A stretch of 60,713 bases of DNA from a candidate division WOR-3 bacterium (GCA_030592285.1 JAUVJU010000001.1:1-60713), one strand, 5' to 3'. Positions 1-12,158 are shown, counted from the stretch's first letter. A program made the numbers and translations. The notes: generated by a model not told the origin, from the sequence alone.

Positions 1-2283
<2,283 letters not shown>

Positions 2284-2300
2284 TTGTTTGTTCCTCCTGT

Positions 2301-3149
2301 TTATATTTTTTTTAAATAATTCTTAACATTTTCAATTATCCAGTCCGGCGTTGATGCTCCTGCAGCAATACCTATCACCTTGGTAGAATCACTTATTATT
2401 GAAACATCAATGTTTTTTTCAGTTTCTATATGATACGTTCTTGAGTGAATTCTTTTACATAATTCATAAAGTCGTTTAGTGTTAGCACTATTATATCCGC
2501 CAATAATGAACATTACATCAACTTTTTTTGCAAGTTCAACAGCGGATTTTTGTATTTGTGATGTTGCATTGCAAATAGTATTAAATATTCTAATTTCCTT
2601 ATAATAATCAAAGATCATCATAACCATTTCCTTATAATGTGCCAAATCCTGCGTTGTTTGCGAAATAACTCCAATCTTTGTATTCTTTGATTTTTCAATA
2701 TTTTTCAAATCACTCTCATTCTGAATAACAGTTACATTGTTTTTTGCCTGACTTTTTAATGCTTTAACCTCTGGATGATTCTTTTCACCTATTACAAAAA
2801 CAGGGTATCCTTCCTTATGCAATTTCACAACATATTCTTGTGCCCTTCTCACAAATGGACAAGTTGCATCAATTACTGTAATTTCCTTGTTTTCCAATTT
2901 ATGCATAAGATTCTTTTCAACCCCATGAGTTCTAAGTATTATTACACCTTTATCAATTTCATTAATATTCTCAATCACATTTATTCCACTATTTCTTAGT
3001 TTTTCAACTGCTTGCGGATTATGAATTATGGGACCCAATGTACATATAGGCATATTCTTATACTCTGTTGATACATCGCTTATCATATTCATTGCTCGTT
3101 TAACACCAAAGCAGAATCCGGAATGTTCTGCAATTACAATTTTGCGCAT
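2301..3149 (-). CDS. ispH: 4-hydroxy-3-methylbut-2-enyl diphosphate reductase
   Basis: Motifs GFCFGVKRA, LGPIIHNP, SQTT, NTICNATS and GGYNSANTKRL. Confidence 0.92.
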   Translation of the reverse strand: MRKIVIAEHSGFCFGVKRAMNMISDVSTEYKNMPICTLGPIIHNPQAVEKLRNSGINVIENINEIDKGVIILRTHGVEKNLMHKLENKEITVIDATCPFVRRAQEYVVKLHKEGYPVFVIGEKNHPEVKALKSQAKNNVTVIQNESDLKNIEKSKNTKIGVISQTTQDLAHYKEMVMMIFDYYKEIRIFNTICNATSQIQKSAVELAKKVDVMFIIGGYNSANTKRLYELCKRIHSRTYHIETEKNIDVSIISDSTKVIGIAAGASTPDWIIENVKNYLKKI

Positions 3150-3823
3150 TTCTTTTTTAAATCTCCTATTTCATTCATCATAATTTGAGTTATAATTCTT
3201 GCATTTTTTGAATTCGGTTTAATATTTTTAAAAAATCTTACCTCACCAATCATTATTATTAATCGTTTTTTTCCAAATAATAATCTCAATAAATTCATAT
3301 TTGCATTTTTTATGAAAAAAGTAATAAATGGTGTTTTTGATTTCAATGCAATATAACCGGCTCCTGCCTTTCCTTTTAACATTCTATGGGTTTTATTTCT
3401 GGTACCCTCCGGAAAAACAACAAGATTCCCACCATTCTCAAGAATCTGAATTCCTGATTTAAGTGTACTCATATCAAGACCCGACCGTCTTAAAGGAATT
3501 GCCTTTAAGGCACTTATCAAAAATGCAAAATATGAATTAAAATTAAAAAGTTCTTCCTTTGCAAAAAAGTAAGTATTTATACTACCTGTCAATCTATACA
3601 TTGTATAACCGATAATGGGTGGATCAGCAAATGATATATGATTTGACACTATAACTAAAGATTTATATCCCTTAGGGATTGTTCCTATAATTCTAGCTCT
3701 AAAAATTTGAGAAACCACAAAATGGATTACTTTAATTACTAAAATGTAAATTTTTTCTAACTGTCTTTGCTTTCTCAATGACAAACTTGATCTGGTCCTC
3801 CTTGGACAATTTTGTAGTATCAA
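3134..3823 (-). CDS. plsC: 1-acyl-sn-glycerol-3-phosphate acyltransferase family protein (start uncertain)
   Basis: Acyltransferase motifs NHISFAD (HX4D) and FPEGTR. The longest ORF overlaps the cmk 3' end by 92 nt, and no ATG/GTG/TTG alternative is visible after the cmk stop. Confidence 0.75.
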   Translation of the reverse strand: MILQNCPRRTRSSLSLRKQRQLEKIYILVIKVIHFVVSQIFRARIIGTIPKGYKSLVIVSNHISFADPPIIGYTMYRLTGSINTYFFAKEELFNFNSYFAFLISALKAIPLRRSGLDMSTLKSGIQILENGGNLVVFPEGTRNKTHRMLKGKAGAGYIALKSKTPFITFFIKNANMNLLRLLFGKKRLIIMIGEVRFFKNIKPNSKNARIITQIMMNEIGDLKKKCAKL

Positions 3824-4409
3824 TCAGAATAGCATTTTCTGCCATTCTCAAAGGTGCATACTTACGGGTCTTATCACGGTTGTCTCTTATTTCAATTTCA
3901 TCTTTAATATTATCAATTTCAACATCAATTCTATTTTGAAGATATTCATTGTAGCGTCTTTTTGCTCTCTCGTCAATAGAACATTCAATATAAAATTTTA
4001 AAGCTGCATTTGGAAAAACCACTGTGCCCATATCTCTTCCTTCTGCAACAATATCACATTTATTCCCTATATCACGCTGAAGAGATACAAGAAAATCCCT
4101 TACACATTTTAAAGTTGATATTTTTGATGCTGCCTGAGATATTTCTTCATTTCTAATTTCTTTTGAAACATTCTCATTATTTAAGAAAATATTCCTATCT
4201 TTATCAAATGTAATATTTATATTATCTAAATGTTTTTTAACATTATTCTTATTCATTACATCAATATTATTTTTAATCATATATAGTGCTGCTGCTCTAT
4301 ACATAGCACCAGTATCAAGATAGATCATTCCCAGCTTTTCAGCACTTCCCTTTGCAGTTGTTGTCTTTCCCGAACCTGCAGGTCCATCTATTGTTATTAT
4401 AAATGTCAT
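3732..4409 (-). CDS. cmk: cytidylate kinase
   Basis: P-loop ITIDGPAGSGKTTTAK, 225 aa, in the classical cmk-rpsA neighbourhood. Confidence 0.92.
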   Translation of the reverse strand: MTFIITIDGPAGSGKTTTAKGSAEKLGMIYLDTGAMYRAAALYMIKNNIDVMNKNNVKKHLDNINITFDKDRNIFLNNENVSKEIRNEEISQAASKISTLKCVRDFLVSLQRDIGNKCDIVAEGRDMGTVVFPNAALKFYIECSIDERAKRRYNEYLQNRIDVEIDNIKDEIEIRDNRDKTRKYAPLRMAENAILIDTTKLSKEDQIKFVIEKAKTVRKNLHFSN

Positions 4410-4414
4410 ATCAC

Positions 4415-5818
4415 TTAAAAATACAATTCAAATTCATAAGGATGCGGTCTTTTATTTATACTTCTAATTTCATTTCTCTTATATTTTATATATGCCTTAA
4501 TAATATCGGCTGAGAATACATTGCCAATTGTTAGAAATTTATAATCATTTTCCAGAGCATCTAATGCCTCATCAAGAGATGAAGGGCAGCATCTAATATT
4601 ATTCTTTATTGAATTAGATGCTTTTTCCATATTCATATCATAGGGACCAAAATGATTGTTTTTAAGAGATATTTTATTTTTAATTCCATCAAGTCCGGCA
4701 AGTAGCATTGCTGAACAAGCAAGATATGGATTACTCGTTGCATCTGGCGGTCTGAATTCAATTCGTTTTTCATTCTTATCGGTTGCATATTTTGGGATTC
4801 TGATTGCAGATGAACGATTTGCCAAAGAATAAAACAATTTAACAGGTGCTTCAAATCCCGGAACCAGTCTCTTATATGAATTGGTTGATGGATTTGTAAA
4901 GGCAAGTAATGCCCGTCCATGCATTAATAGTCCTGCAATATAATATTCAGCATTTTTGGAAAGCCCTCCATAACCCCTTTTATCATAAAAAATATTTTTT
5001 CCCTTTTTAAATAAATGCTGATGAAAGTGCATGCCTGAGCCAGGCATATTATACATGGGTTTAGGCATAAATGTTGCAGACACATTATTATTAATTGCAA
5101 CTGTTTTTATTATATTTTTAATTGTTTGAGTATATTCAGCAGCATTTAGTATGGGATATCTGATTATTTCAATTTCATTCTGTCCGGCTCCAACTTCATG
5201 ATGATGATAAATAACCTCGATTCCCAGTGCCATAAGTATTTCCGAAATTTGATTTCTTATACTTAATGATTGGTCTTTAGGACATACAGAATGGTATCCA
5301 TTATGTTTACCTAAAAATTCTCCGGTATCATTAATATTCTCATCATAAGACATATTGCCTTCAAATAGATCAATCATTGCAAATGTAATATTTTTTTCGT
5401 TTTTCACTTCAACTCTGTCAAAAAGATAAAATTCAAATTCAGGTCCGAACATTGCTTTGTCGGCAATACCGGTTTTCTTCATATATTTTTCTGCTCTTCT
5501 TGTAATACTACGCGGATCTCTTTCATAATCATTTTTTGTATCTGCTTCTCTAATATCACAGAAAAAACAAATAGTTGAATCATCATTATAACTAATATGA
5601 ATGGTATTTAAATCGGGCAGCAAAATCATATCACCGCCTTCCAAACTTTTAAAACCAGCACAAGATGAAGAATCAAAGCCCACACCATGCTTCATAATAT
5701 GATCAAATCGTGCCTGCGGTAAAGTAAGCCTGTGGAGATTTCCCATTAGATCGGTAAATTTTAATTCAATCCATTTGTATTTCTTTATCTGTTTTTTATT
5801 AAATTTCTCAACTGTCAA
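4415..5818 (-). CDS. glnA: glutamine synthetase, type I-like
   Basis: Motifs GSGMHFHQHL and NPSTNSYKRLVPGFEAP, 467 aa. AGGAGG lies upstream of the start. Confidence 0.9.
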   Translation of the reverse strand: MTVEKFNKKQIKKYKWIELKFTDLMGNLHRLTLPQARFDHIMKHGVGFDSSSCAGFKSLEGGDMILLPDLNTIHISYNDDSTICFFCDIREADTKNDYERDPRSITRRAEKYMKKTGIADKAMFGPEFEFYLFDRVEVKNEKNITFAMIDLFEGNMSYDENINDTGEFLGKHNGYHSVCPKDQSLSIRNQISEILMALGIEVIYHHHEVGAGQNEIEIIRYPILNAAEYTQTIKNIIKTVAINNNVSATFMPKPMYNMPGSGMHFHQHLFKKGKNIFYDKRGYGGLSKNAEYYIAGLLMHGRALLAFTNPSTNSYKRLVPGFEAPVKLFYSLANRSSAIRIPKYATDKNEKRIEFRPPDATSNPYLACSAMLLAGLDGIKNKISLKNNHFGPYDMNMEKASNSIKNNIRCCPSSLDEALDALENDYKFLTIGNVFSADIIKAYIKYKRNEIRSINKRPHPYEFELYF

Positions 5819-5841
5819 TTGACCTCCTTTTAAGTACTAAT

Positions 5842-5869
5842 ATTATATGAAAATGATGATTAAATTCAA
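5842..5869 (-). promoter_or_regulatory. candidate sigma-70 promoter for glnA (TTGAAT-16-TATAAT)
   Basis: The minus strand reads TTGAAT (5869-5864), a 16-nt spacer, then TATAAT (5847-5842), about 25 nt upstream of the glnA start. Confidence 0.4.
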
Positions 5870-5909
5870 GTCAGACGTTATCCGCTAGAAAGAAACATAA
5901 GGTCGGGCC

Positions 5910-5938
5910 TTGACATTTTGACAATTGTTTTATATACT
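5910..5938 (+). promoter_or_regulatory. candidate promoter for the RAYT gene; its -35 box lies inside the left inverted repeat
   Basis: TTGACA (5910-5915), 17-nt spacer, TATACT (5933-5938), followed by AGGAGG at 5951-5956. Confidence 0.4.
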
Positions 5939-5960
5939 ATATACAAAACAAGGAGGCGTT

Positions 5961-6848
5961 TTGGGTAAACCTAGAATCAAATTAACAAACCATTTCTATC
6001 ATGTAATGAACAGAGGTGATAAGGGAGAATATATCTTTGATGATGATCAAATGAAACGGTTGTTTTTAAAGGAATTGAGTTTCTTCAAGAATAAGTATCT
6101 TATTAAAATCTCAGCATTCTGTATTATGGACAATCATTTCCATTTGATTATCAAGGACAAAGAAGGTTGGATAAGTGAATTTATGCACGATTTAGAAACA
6201 GTATTTGCTATGAAATACCGAAAAGAAAAAGGTGGTAAAGGATATGTTTTTCAGAATCGTTTTAAATCACAGATAATACATTATGAAAAATATATGCAAA
6301 ATGCAATAATTTATGTTCTCAATAATCCATGCAGAAAACATCTTGTAAATGATCCTTTAGATTATCATTGGTCTAGTGCTGCTCTACATTTCAATAAAAG
6401 TGTAAACTTTTTAGACAAAAAAATCACCAAAGATTTGTTTGGTTCAAAAAAGAATTTTCTGTATTGTCTTAATAGTAAGATTGATATATCAAAGCATATC
6501 ATTGAAACACCTATTGGACAAATATTAGGTGATCAATGGTATGCAAGTAGTATTTTAGGTAGGTATAATAGACGAATTAAAAACTCCTACTCCACTGGTA
6601 AAAGAAAAGATGACAATGTGGACATATCTATACAATCTGCTTTAATGCTATTTGAATATAGAAAGAAAATATATCTTAAAGAAACTGATTTTGATTCAAA
6701 GTATGGTAGAATAATAAGAAATAAATTGTTGGTATTTCTAAAGGATGAGTGTCAAATGAGATATCCTGAAATTAAATGTGCTTATCCATTTTTTAATATG
6801 AAATATAATGCATTAGCAAAAACGTACTCCAGGTGTAAGCAAATATAG
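5961..6848 (+). CDS. REP-associated tyrosine transposase-like protein (IS200-like Y1 HUH domain with a C-terminal DnaA-C-like HTH region)
   Basis: HUH motif MDNHFHLII, catalytic-Tyr region IIYVLNNPCRKHLV and DYHWSS. I place the start at TTG 5961 after AGGAGG (giving MGKPRIKLTNHFYHVMNRG). The ORF-track start at 5925 would lie upstream of the predicted promoter -10 box. Confidence 0.8.
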   Translation: MGKPRIKLTNHFYHVMNRGDKGEYIFDDDQMKRLFLKELSFFKNKYLIKISAFCIMDNHFHLIIKDKEGWISEFMHDLETVFAMKYRKEKGGKGYVFQNRFKSQIIHYEKYMQNAIIYVLNNPCRKHLVNDPLDYHWSSAALHFNKSVNFLDKKITKDLFGSKKNFLYCLNSKIDISKHIIETPIGQILGDQWYASSILGRYNRRIKNSYSTGKRKDDNVDISIQSALMLFEYRKKIYLKETDFDSKYGRIIRNKLLVFLKDECQMRYPEIKCAYPFFNMKYNALAKTYSRCKQI

Positions 6849-6915
6849 TCGATTTTTTCTAAAAATGTCAAAATGTCAAGGCCCGACCTTATATCATATT
6901 TTATTCTTGATATTA

Positions 6916-8274
6916 TTAAAATCTATAATCAAGATCAATATGGATTCTACCTTCGGTTATCATAGATTTATAGGGAATACCATAAAATAATCCTAATTCT
7001 AATTTATTGTTTTTCATTATAAAACCGGTTCCATAGGAGAGAAGATATTTCTTAAAAAGATAGGGTAAGCCAGTATCAGAATAGAAACATATATCAGAAA
7101 ACAATAGTATTGATAGGTTTTTTGAAAAATTGTAACCAGGGTCAAAAGAAAGTTCAAGTAAATCAGAACATTTTAAAATATTTTCTCCATATCCCCTAAC
7201 ACTATTTGTCCCTCCTATTCCTGTTTTCATATATTCCATTACTGAATCAACAAAAATCAATGATACTTCCTTTATACGATTTCTGAAAAAGAAATTATAT
7301 TTATTTATAATATAATCAAAATCAATATCAATTTTGCTATAATCAATATCCCCAATAAAATATTCATATAGTGAATTAAATTCAAAATGTTCACTATTTA
7401 AATAATCAAAACTGGTGCCCACCTTTGTATATGAGATTTGTTCACTATTCCCCATTCTACCAAATATCCATTTTTTTCCTGCAATAAATCCAATCTTTGA
7501 TTTTTCATACAATATCTTTAATGCAATCTCACCATCAGCATTTGTAAATAATGAATCAATATCATTATAGCCCCCATTAAGTCCAATAGATAATGGAAAT
7601 CCAAAAATAAATGGGAAAGAAGCAAATAAATTAAGCATTGACATATTATTGGGACTTCTCTCATAATACAAATGATATTTTCTTCTATAGCCATGAGGAG
7701 AATTTATATTAAAATGTATAAATCCATAAATATCATTTTTAAGAAATCCTGTTGCAAAAACCCCTGATATATTTGAAACTGCATTATCATTAATATCGGA
7801 AATTATAATAACAGAATCATTATTATAAATAACAGGATAATAAAAAATATCATTTATTTCAATATTTAGAATTCTTCCCAAATCATTAATTGATCCTTTT
7901 ATTTTTGATTCCGAGTATGTATATCCTCTCAATTTTATAATACTATTTATGAGTGAGGTGCTTATATTTCCATTATTAACAATGCTTCTTATATAGTATT
8001 TTCCATTTTCAATAATATTCAAATATACAATTGTTTTATTACCAATTGTAATTGCAGAATCCGTAATGATTTCAGTAAATGGAAATCCATTTTCACTATA
8101 CAGAGATAGAATATCATTGATTGGCGTTTTTCTACCTTCAATTATTGAATCAATAGTATATGTTGAAATATAATTATTTCCATAAAATTTAAGTTCCACA
8201 TCTGCAAAAACAGATATGGAACTTAATATTATAACAATTAGTAGTATTTTACATTTTAGAAATAAGTTCATCAA
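6916..8274 (-). CDS. Omp85/BamA-TamA-like outer-membrane beta-barrel protein with a POTRA-like N-terminus
   Basis: Signal peptide, a POTRA-like segment (ENGFPFTEI...VYLNIIENGKYYIRSI), alternating beta-strand pattern, and a C-terminal ...DLDYRF ending in Phe. Confidence 0.55.
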   Translation of the reverse strand: MMNLFLKCKILLIVIILSSISVFADVELKFYGNNYISTYTIDSIIEGRKTPINDILSLYSENGFPFTEIITDSAITIGNKTIVYLNIIENGKYYIRSIVNNGNISTSLINSIIKLRGYTYSESKIKGSINDLGRILNIEINDIFYYPVIYNNDSVIIISDINDNAVSNISGVFATGFLKNDIYGFIHFNINSPHGYRRKYHLYYERSPNNMSMLNLFASFPFIFGFPLSIGLNGGYNDIDSLFTNADGEIALKILYEKSKIGFIAGKKWIFGRMGNSEQISYTKVGTSFDYLNSEHFEFNSLYEYFIGDIDYSKIDIDFDYIINKYNFFFRNRIKEVSLIFVDSVMEYMKTGIGGTNSVRGYGENILKCSDLLELSFDPGYNFSKNLSILLFSDICFYSDTGLPYLFKKYLLSYGTGFIMKNNKLELGLFYGIPYKSMITEGRIHIDLDYRF

Positions 8275-8605
8275 CCTCTTTATTTAAATAAAAATATTTG
8301 CTAATAAAGGGTATTCCAACAGAATCAGTATATGCAAATTTAACCCTGATCTGATTGTTCTTTGGTTTTACAATAGATATATCTGAATATTCGATATAGA
8401 TATTTTGTGTTTCTAAATAATCAAGAGCTTTTTCAGTGATCTCATACTCATCAGATCTTATCTCACCAAAAAGCATTTCCTTCATTTTACCTTTAACATT
8501 GGTATATTTAATTTCAACTGAAATAAATTGCCATCCAATATTTAATATAAGGTAAATAATCAGAAGAATTACTGCAAATTTAAGATACTTGAGGAATTTT
8601 TCCAT
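8249..8605 (-). CDS. hypothetical membrane-anchored protein
   Basis: 118-aa ORF with one N-terminal TM helix (FAVILLIIYLILNIGW), tightly spaced within the operon. Confidence 0.5.
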   Translation of the reverse strand: MEKFLKYLKFAVILLIIYLILNIGWQFISVEIKYTNVKGKMKEMLFGEIRSDEYEITEKALDYLETQNIYIEYSDISIVKPKNNQIRVKFAYTDSVGIPFISKYFYLNKEVDELISKM

Positions 8606-8608
8606 TTA

Positions 8609-9772
8609 TTACCACCTCGTTTGATCAAGGTCTTTTCTCCATTGTTTAACATTCTTAATTCCTTTTTCAGCATCACTAATATATTTTCCACCAAGAGAAA
8701 TAATTTTCTTAAAGTATGATTCTGCAGTGTCAAGCATACTATTAGCATATTCTCGTTTCTCATCTGTTGTTGCCTTTTTAGGATCGCCCTTATAAAAATA
8801 TGCCTGCCCAAGAAGAAGTAAAGCTCTTTTTTCATTCTTATCAATACAAATTGCTGTTTTTAGGTATTTTATTGCACTATCATAATATTTGATATTCATA
8901 TACATTTGTCCAAGATATAGATACGGGATTACCGATCCTTTCTTGAATTTGGCAAGTTCAAGATATGATTTTTTGGCACTTTCATAATCCTTTAATCCCT
9001 GATATGAACGGGCAAGTCCCAGATATGCATTAACAATAGTCGGATCTAATTCAATTGTTCTATTAAAAGCTGTAATTGCATGTTTATAATCACCCGCTTC
9101 AAGATATGCTTCGGCAAGATTTGAGATTGGTCCAACAATATTTGGATGATCAGCAACTACCTGTTCAAGGAATACCTGTGCTTGTTTGAATTTCTCCAGA
9201 TCTAAAAGTGCTTTCCCATATTTATAAGCAATAGTTAAGTCCTCAGGATTATATTTACATGCATGTTCATAACAAATAATTGCTTTTTCAATTCCATCTT
9301 TACCAAATTTCTTCTCATAAACCTTACCAAGACCAAAGTATGCATTCGCATTTTTGGAATTTATTTCAAGTGCTACATTGAAATAATTTTCTGCTTTATC
9401 ATATTCTTTAAGTTTTATAAACAAATATCCCAAAGCAATTTTCCCAGCAGGGTCACTTGGGATTCTATCGGATAATACATTGTATAATGATTCTGCTTTG
9501 TCAAAATAAAATTTATTTTCATAAGCATTTCCAAGTCCAATAAAAGCATCTCTGTATATTGCCGAGTCCTCAATTGCTTTAACAAAATTCTTAATTGCAG
9601 AATCATACTGTTTGTTTTTAAGATACTCTTTTCCAAAATCATAATATTTAACAGCATCACTTATGGTTTCTTTTGTAATATCACTATTTACCTGTTTTTC
9701 ATTACTACTGGTTGTTTCACATCCAATTAGTAACAGCATTCCGATAATAATCAGCACTAACAGTTTCTTCAT
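8609..9772 (-). CDS. TPR-repeat lipoprotein
   Basis: Lipobox LLLIGC, followed by about 9 TPR-like repeats (A...Y..A..L.P....A...LG). Confidence 0.8.
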   Translation of the reverse strand: MKKLLVLIIIGMLLLIGCETTSSNEKQVNSDITKETISDAVKYYDFGKEYLKNKQYDSAIKNFVKAIEDSAIYRDAFIGLGNAYENKFYFDKAESLYNVLSDRIPSDPAGKIALGYLFIKLKEYDKAENYFNVALEINSKNANAYFGLGKVYEKKFGKDGIEKAIICYEHACKYNPEDLTIAYKYGKALLDLEKFKQAQVFLEQVVADHPNIVGPISNLAEAYLEAGDYKHAITAFNRTIELDPTIVNAYLGLARSYQGLKDYESAKKSYLELAKFKKGSVIPYLYLGQMYMNIKYYDSAIKYLKTAICIDKNEKRALLLLGQAYFYKGDPKKATTDEKREYANSMLDTAESYFKKIISLGGKYISDAEKGIKNVKQWRKDLDQTRW

Positions 9773-9775
9773 TAT

Positions 9776-10189
9776 CTACTCCTTTTTTTCACTCTCTTCA
9801 TGAGGTAAAGCGGGTCTGCAAAATACAATGGTATTATCACTGTCTTTTGCCCTTCCTGTGATAAAATAAGTTACTTTCGGATCTAATGTTTCATAATGCA
9901 AAACACCATCAACAAAAACCTCTTCAACCATATCAATCCATTGATCAATAGGTTCATTATCCCTATTGTATGAAATGAAGTATGGTCTCATATCCTCTTT
10001 AAATGTTTCGTTTGATAATGGATAAGCACCATTTTCAACATAATATTGTTCCATTAGATTTGTTAGTTTTACCATTGTTCTTTCAGCATTTTTTACAGAG
10101 GCAAAATCCATAAAGGAGCCTTTGTTTTTCGTACATCCTGTTATAAGCATTACTGATATAATCATCAGTAATATAATAAGTTTTTTCAT
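9776..10189 (-). CDS. hypothetical lipoprotein
   Basis: Lipobox MLITGC, 137 aa, AGGAGG upstream. Confidence 0.6.
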   Translation of the reverse strand: MKKLIILLMIISVMLITGCTKNKGSFMDFASVKNAERTMVKLTNLMEQYYVENGAYPLSNETFKEDMRPYFISYNRDNEPIDQWIDMVEEVFVDGVLHYETLDPKVTYFITGRAKDSDNTIVFCRPALPHEESEKKE

Positions 10190-10209
10190 TTATCCTCCTT
10201 ACTTTAAAA

Positions 10210-10282
10210 TGGAGCTAACGGGGCTCGAACCCGTGACCTTTTGACTGCCAGTCAAACGCGCTCCCAGCTGCGCCATAGCCCC
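10210..10282 (-). tRNA. tRNA-Ala (anticodon GGC)
   Basis: The minus strand folds as a cloverleaf: GGGGCTA TG GCGC-AGCTGGGA-GCGC G TTTGA-CTGGCAG-TCAAA AGGTC ACGGG-TTCGAGC-CCCGT TAGCTCC A. The G3:U70 alanine identity pair is present. CCA is not encoded. Confidence 0.93.
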
Positions 10283-10293
10283 ATTCTTTTGCC

Positions 10294-10322
10294 ATTATAG
10301 TTTCACAGTCCATTATTGTCAA
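10294..10322 (-). promoter_or_regulatory. consensus sigma-70 promoter for tRNA-Ala (TTGACA-17-TATAAT)
   Basis: The minus strand reads TTGACA (10322-10317), a 17-nt spacer, then TATAAT (10299-10294), 11 nt before the tRNA 5' end. Confidence 0.6.
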
Positions 10323-10397
10323 GTCAATCTATTTTAAAAGAACCAAAATAAATAATAATATCGCTACGCTTATCTTATTATAAGCATAAGAAAACAA

Positions 10398-10838
10398 TCA
10401 ATTATTTTCAATTTCATTAATTTTATCAATTCTTCTCTGATGTCTACCTTTATCAAAACTGCATTTAATAAATGTTTCTATTGTTTTACAAATTTCATCT
10501 TTTTCAATTGTAATCACACCCAAAACAAGAATATTTGCATCATTATGCCTTCTGGCACTTTCTGCTGTAAATGGATTCACCACATAAGCAGCACGAATAC
10601 CTTTAATCTTATTTGCTGCTATTGTCATACCTATTCCCGTATTACATACAAGAATACCCAATTGCGATTCATCGCTATTTACATCTTCAGCTACCTTTTC
10701 TGCAAAATCAGGATAATCCACTGATTTTTCGGATATTGTTCCTCTATCAATATATTGAATGGATAAATTATTCAAACATTCAATTATTGTATTTTTCAGT
10801 ACAACACCTCTATGATCAAAACCCAATGAAATTTTCAT
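10398..10838 (-). CDS. rpiB: ribose-5-phosphate isomerase B
   Basis: Motif LVCNTGIGMTIAANKIKGIRAA, 146 aa. Confidence 0.9.
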   Translation of the reverse strand: MKISLGFDHRGVVLKNTIIECLNNLSIQYIDRGTISEKSVDYPDFAEKVAEDVNSDESQLGILVCNTGIGMTIAANKIKGIRAAYVVNPFTAESARRHNDANILVLGVITIEKDEICKTIETFIKCSFDKGRHQRRIDKINEIENN

Positions 10839-10845
10839 GTTTTCC

Positions 10846-11742
10846 TCACAATGTCATTAAAGCTAATAAGAGTGAACTATATTTAATTTCTGCCGTATCT
10901 CCCCTTGAAGTTAATACAACAGGTGCCTTTGTTCCTGAAAGAATTGCAGCAAGTTCAGAATCGGTTAATTTTGTTAATGTCTTATATAATACATTCCCTG
11001 CATCAATATTTGGAGCAATTAATATGTCAGCATCACCACCAACAGTAGAATCAAATTTTTTCTCCTTGCATGATTCCTTTGATACCGCAAGGTCTAAAGC
11101 CATTGGACCTTCAACTATTGCATTTCCAAAAACACCTCTATCGCCCATTTTTGAAATAATAGCAGCATCTACAGAAGATGGCATTTTCATATTAACGGTT
11201 TCAGCCGCAGAAAGCATTGCTACCTTAGGAGTATCAATATCAAGTTTTTTTGCAAGTTCAATTGCATTTTTTGTAATTTTAACCTTCTCATTCAAATCAG
11301 GTGTAATATTAACTGCAACATCCGATACAATGAGAAATTTATGATACTTATTTACTGCAAAAACAGATATATGAGATACTAATGCACCCTTTTTTACAAT
11401 TCCATTCTCTTTATGAAGAATTGGTCTCAAAAAATTTGATGTAGCAATAGATCCTTTTAATATTACATCAGCCTTATTATCATTTACAAGTTCAACTGCC
11501 TTTTTTCCTGCTTCCTTTTCATTATTAGTATGAATGATTTCATACTCAAAATTATGTTTACCTTTTTTCAGCAATTCCTTAATTGCTTTTTCATCTCCAA
11601 TTAAAATTGGTTTTACAAATCCCTTTTCAGCAGCAATAACAGCTGCTTCAACAGCAGATTCAATAATTGGATTTACTACTGCTACTGTTGCTAATGTTTT
11701 TCTTTCCTTTAATTTTTTCTCAAAAATATTAAACTTACTCAT
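10846..11742 (-). CDS. ptb: phosphate butyryl/acetyl-transferase family protein
   Basis: 298 aa with features typical of Ptb-type phosphotransacylases (PILIGDEKAI, VLTSRGDTAEIKYSSLLLA). Confidence 0.75.
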   Translation of the reverse strand: MSKFNIFEKKLKERKTLATVAVVNPIIESAVEAAVIAAEKGFVKPILIGDEKAIKELLKKGKHNFEYEIIHTNNEKEAGKKAVELVNDNKADVILKGSIATSNFLRPILHKENGIVKKGALVSHISVFAVNKYHKFLIVSDVAVNITPDLNEKVKITKNAIELAKKLDIDTPKVAMLSAAETVNMKMPSSVDAAIISKMGDRGVFGNAIVEGPMALDLAVSKESCKEKKFDSTVGGDADILIAPNIDAGNVLYKTLTKLTDSELAAILSGTKAPVVLTSRGDTAEIKYSSLLLALMTL

Positions 11743-11744
11743 TG

Positions 11745-12158
11745 TTACTCCTCTTTATCTTCAACAAATTCCATTAAAATACCATCCGATGATTTAGGAT
11801 GCATAAAGATTATTGGTTTACCTTCGGCTCCTATTCTCGGTTTATCTCCTATCATTCTATATCCAAGTTCAGAATACTCTTTTATTGTTTTCTCAATATC
11901 ATTAACAGAATAAGCAATATGATGAATTGCATTACCCCTGCTGTTAATAAATTTTGCAATGGGATTTTCAAGGTCAAGCGGCTGAATAAGTTCAAGTAGT
12001 ACACCCTTAATATCAAATATTGCTACCTTTACTCCCTGTTCTTTAACAGTAAGAATCTCTTTTACTTTTTTCCCTGTAATAACTTCATATATCGGTATGC
12101 TCTTTTCAATATCAGAGACCGCAATGGCAATATGATTGAATTTTTTAATCATTGTCAA
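11745..12158 (-). CDS. mce: methylmalonyl-CoA epimerase (VOC/glyoxalase fold)
   Basis: FNHIAIAVSDIEKS and AIHHIAYSV, 137 aa, immediately downstream of the mutase. Confidence 0.82.
   Translation of the reverse strand: MTMIKKFNHIAIAVSDIEKSIPIYEVITGKKVKEILTVKEQGVKVAIFDIKGVLLELIQPLDLENPIAKFINSRGNAIHHIAYSVNDIEKTIKEYSELGYRMIGDKPRIGAEGKPIIFMHPKSSDGILMEFVEDKEE

Larger units (their letters stand above)
5897..6892 (+). mobile_element. RAYT-like unit: HUH Y1 transposase gene bracketed by perfect 27-bp inverted repeats
   Basis: 5897-5923 ATAAGGTCGGGCCTTGACATTTTGACA is the exact reverse complement of 6866-6892. The pair encloses one Y1-transposase-like gene, inserted between the glnA promoter region and the 3' end of the Omp85-like gene. 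Confidence 0.65.

Noticed and set aside
3732-3823. The 92-nt overlap between cmk and the acyltransferase ORF, considered as a programmed frameshift or gene fusion.
   Set aside because: No slippery heptamer is evident, and both proteins are complete in their own frames. An unconventional or mis-called start for the acyltransferase is the more economical explanation.
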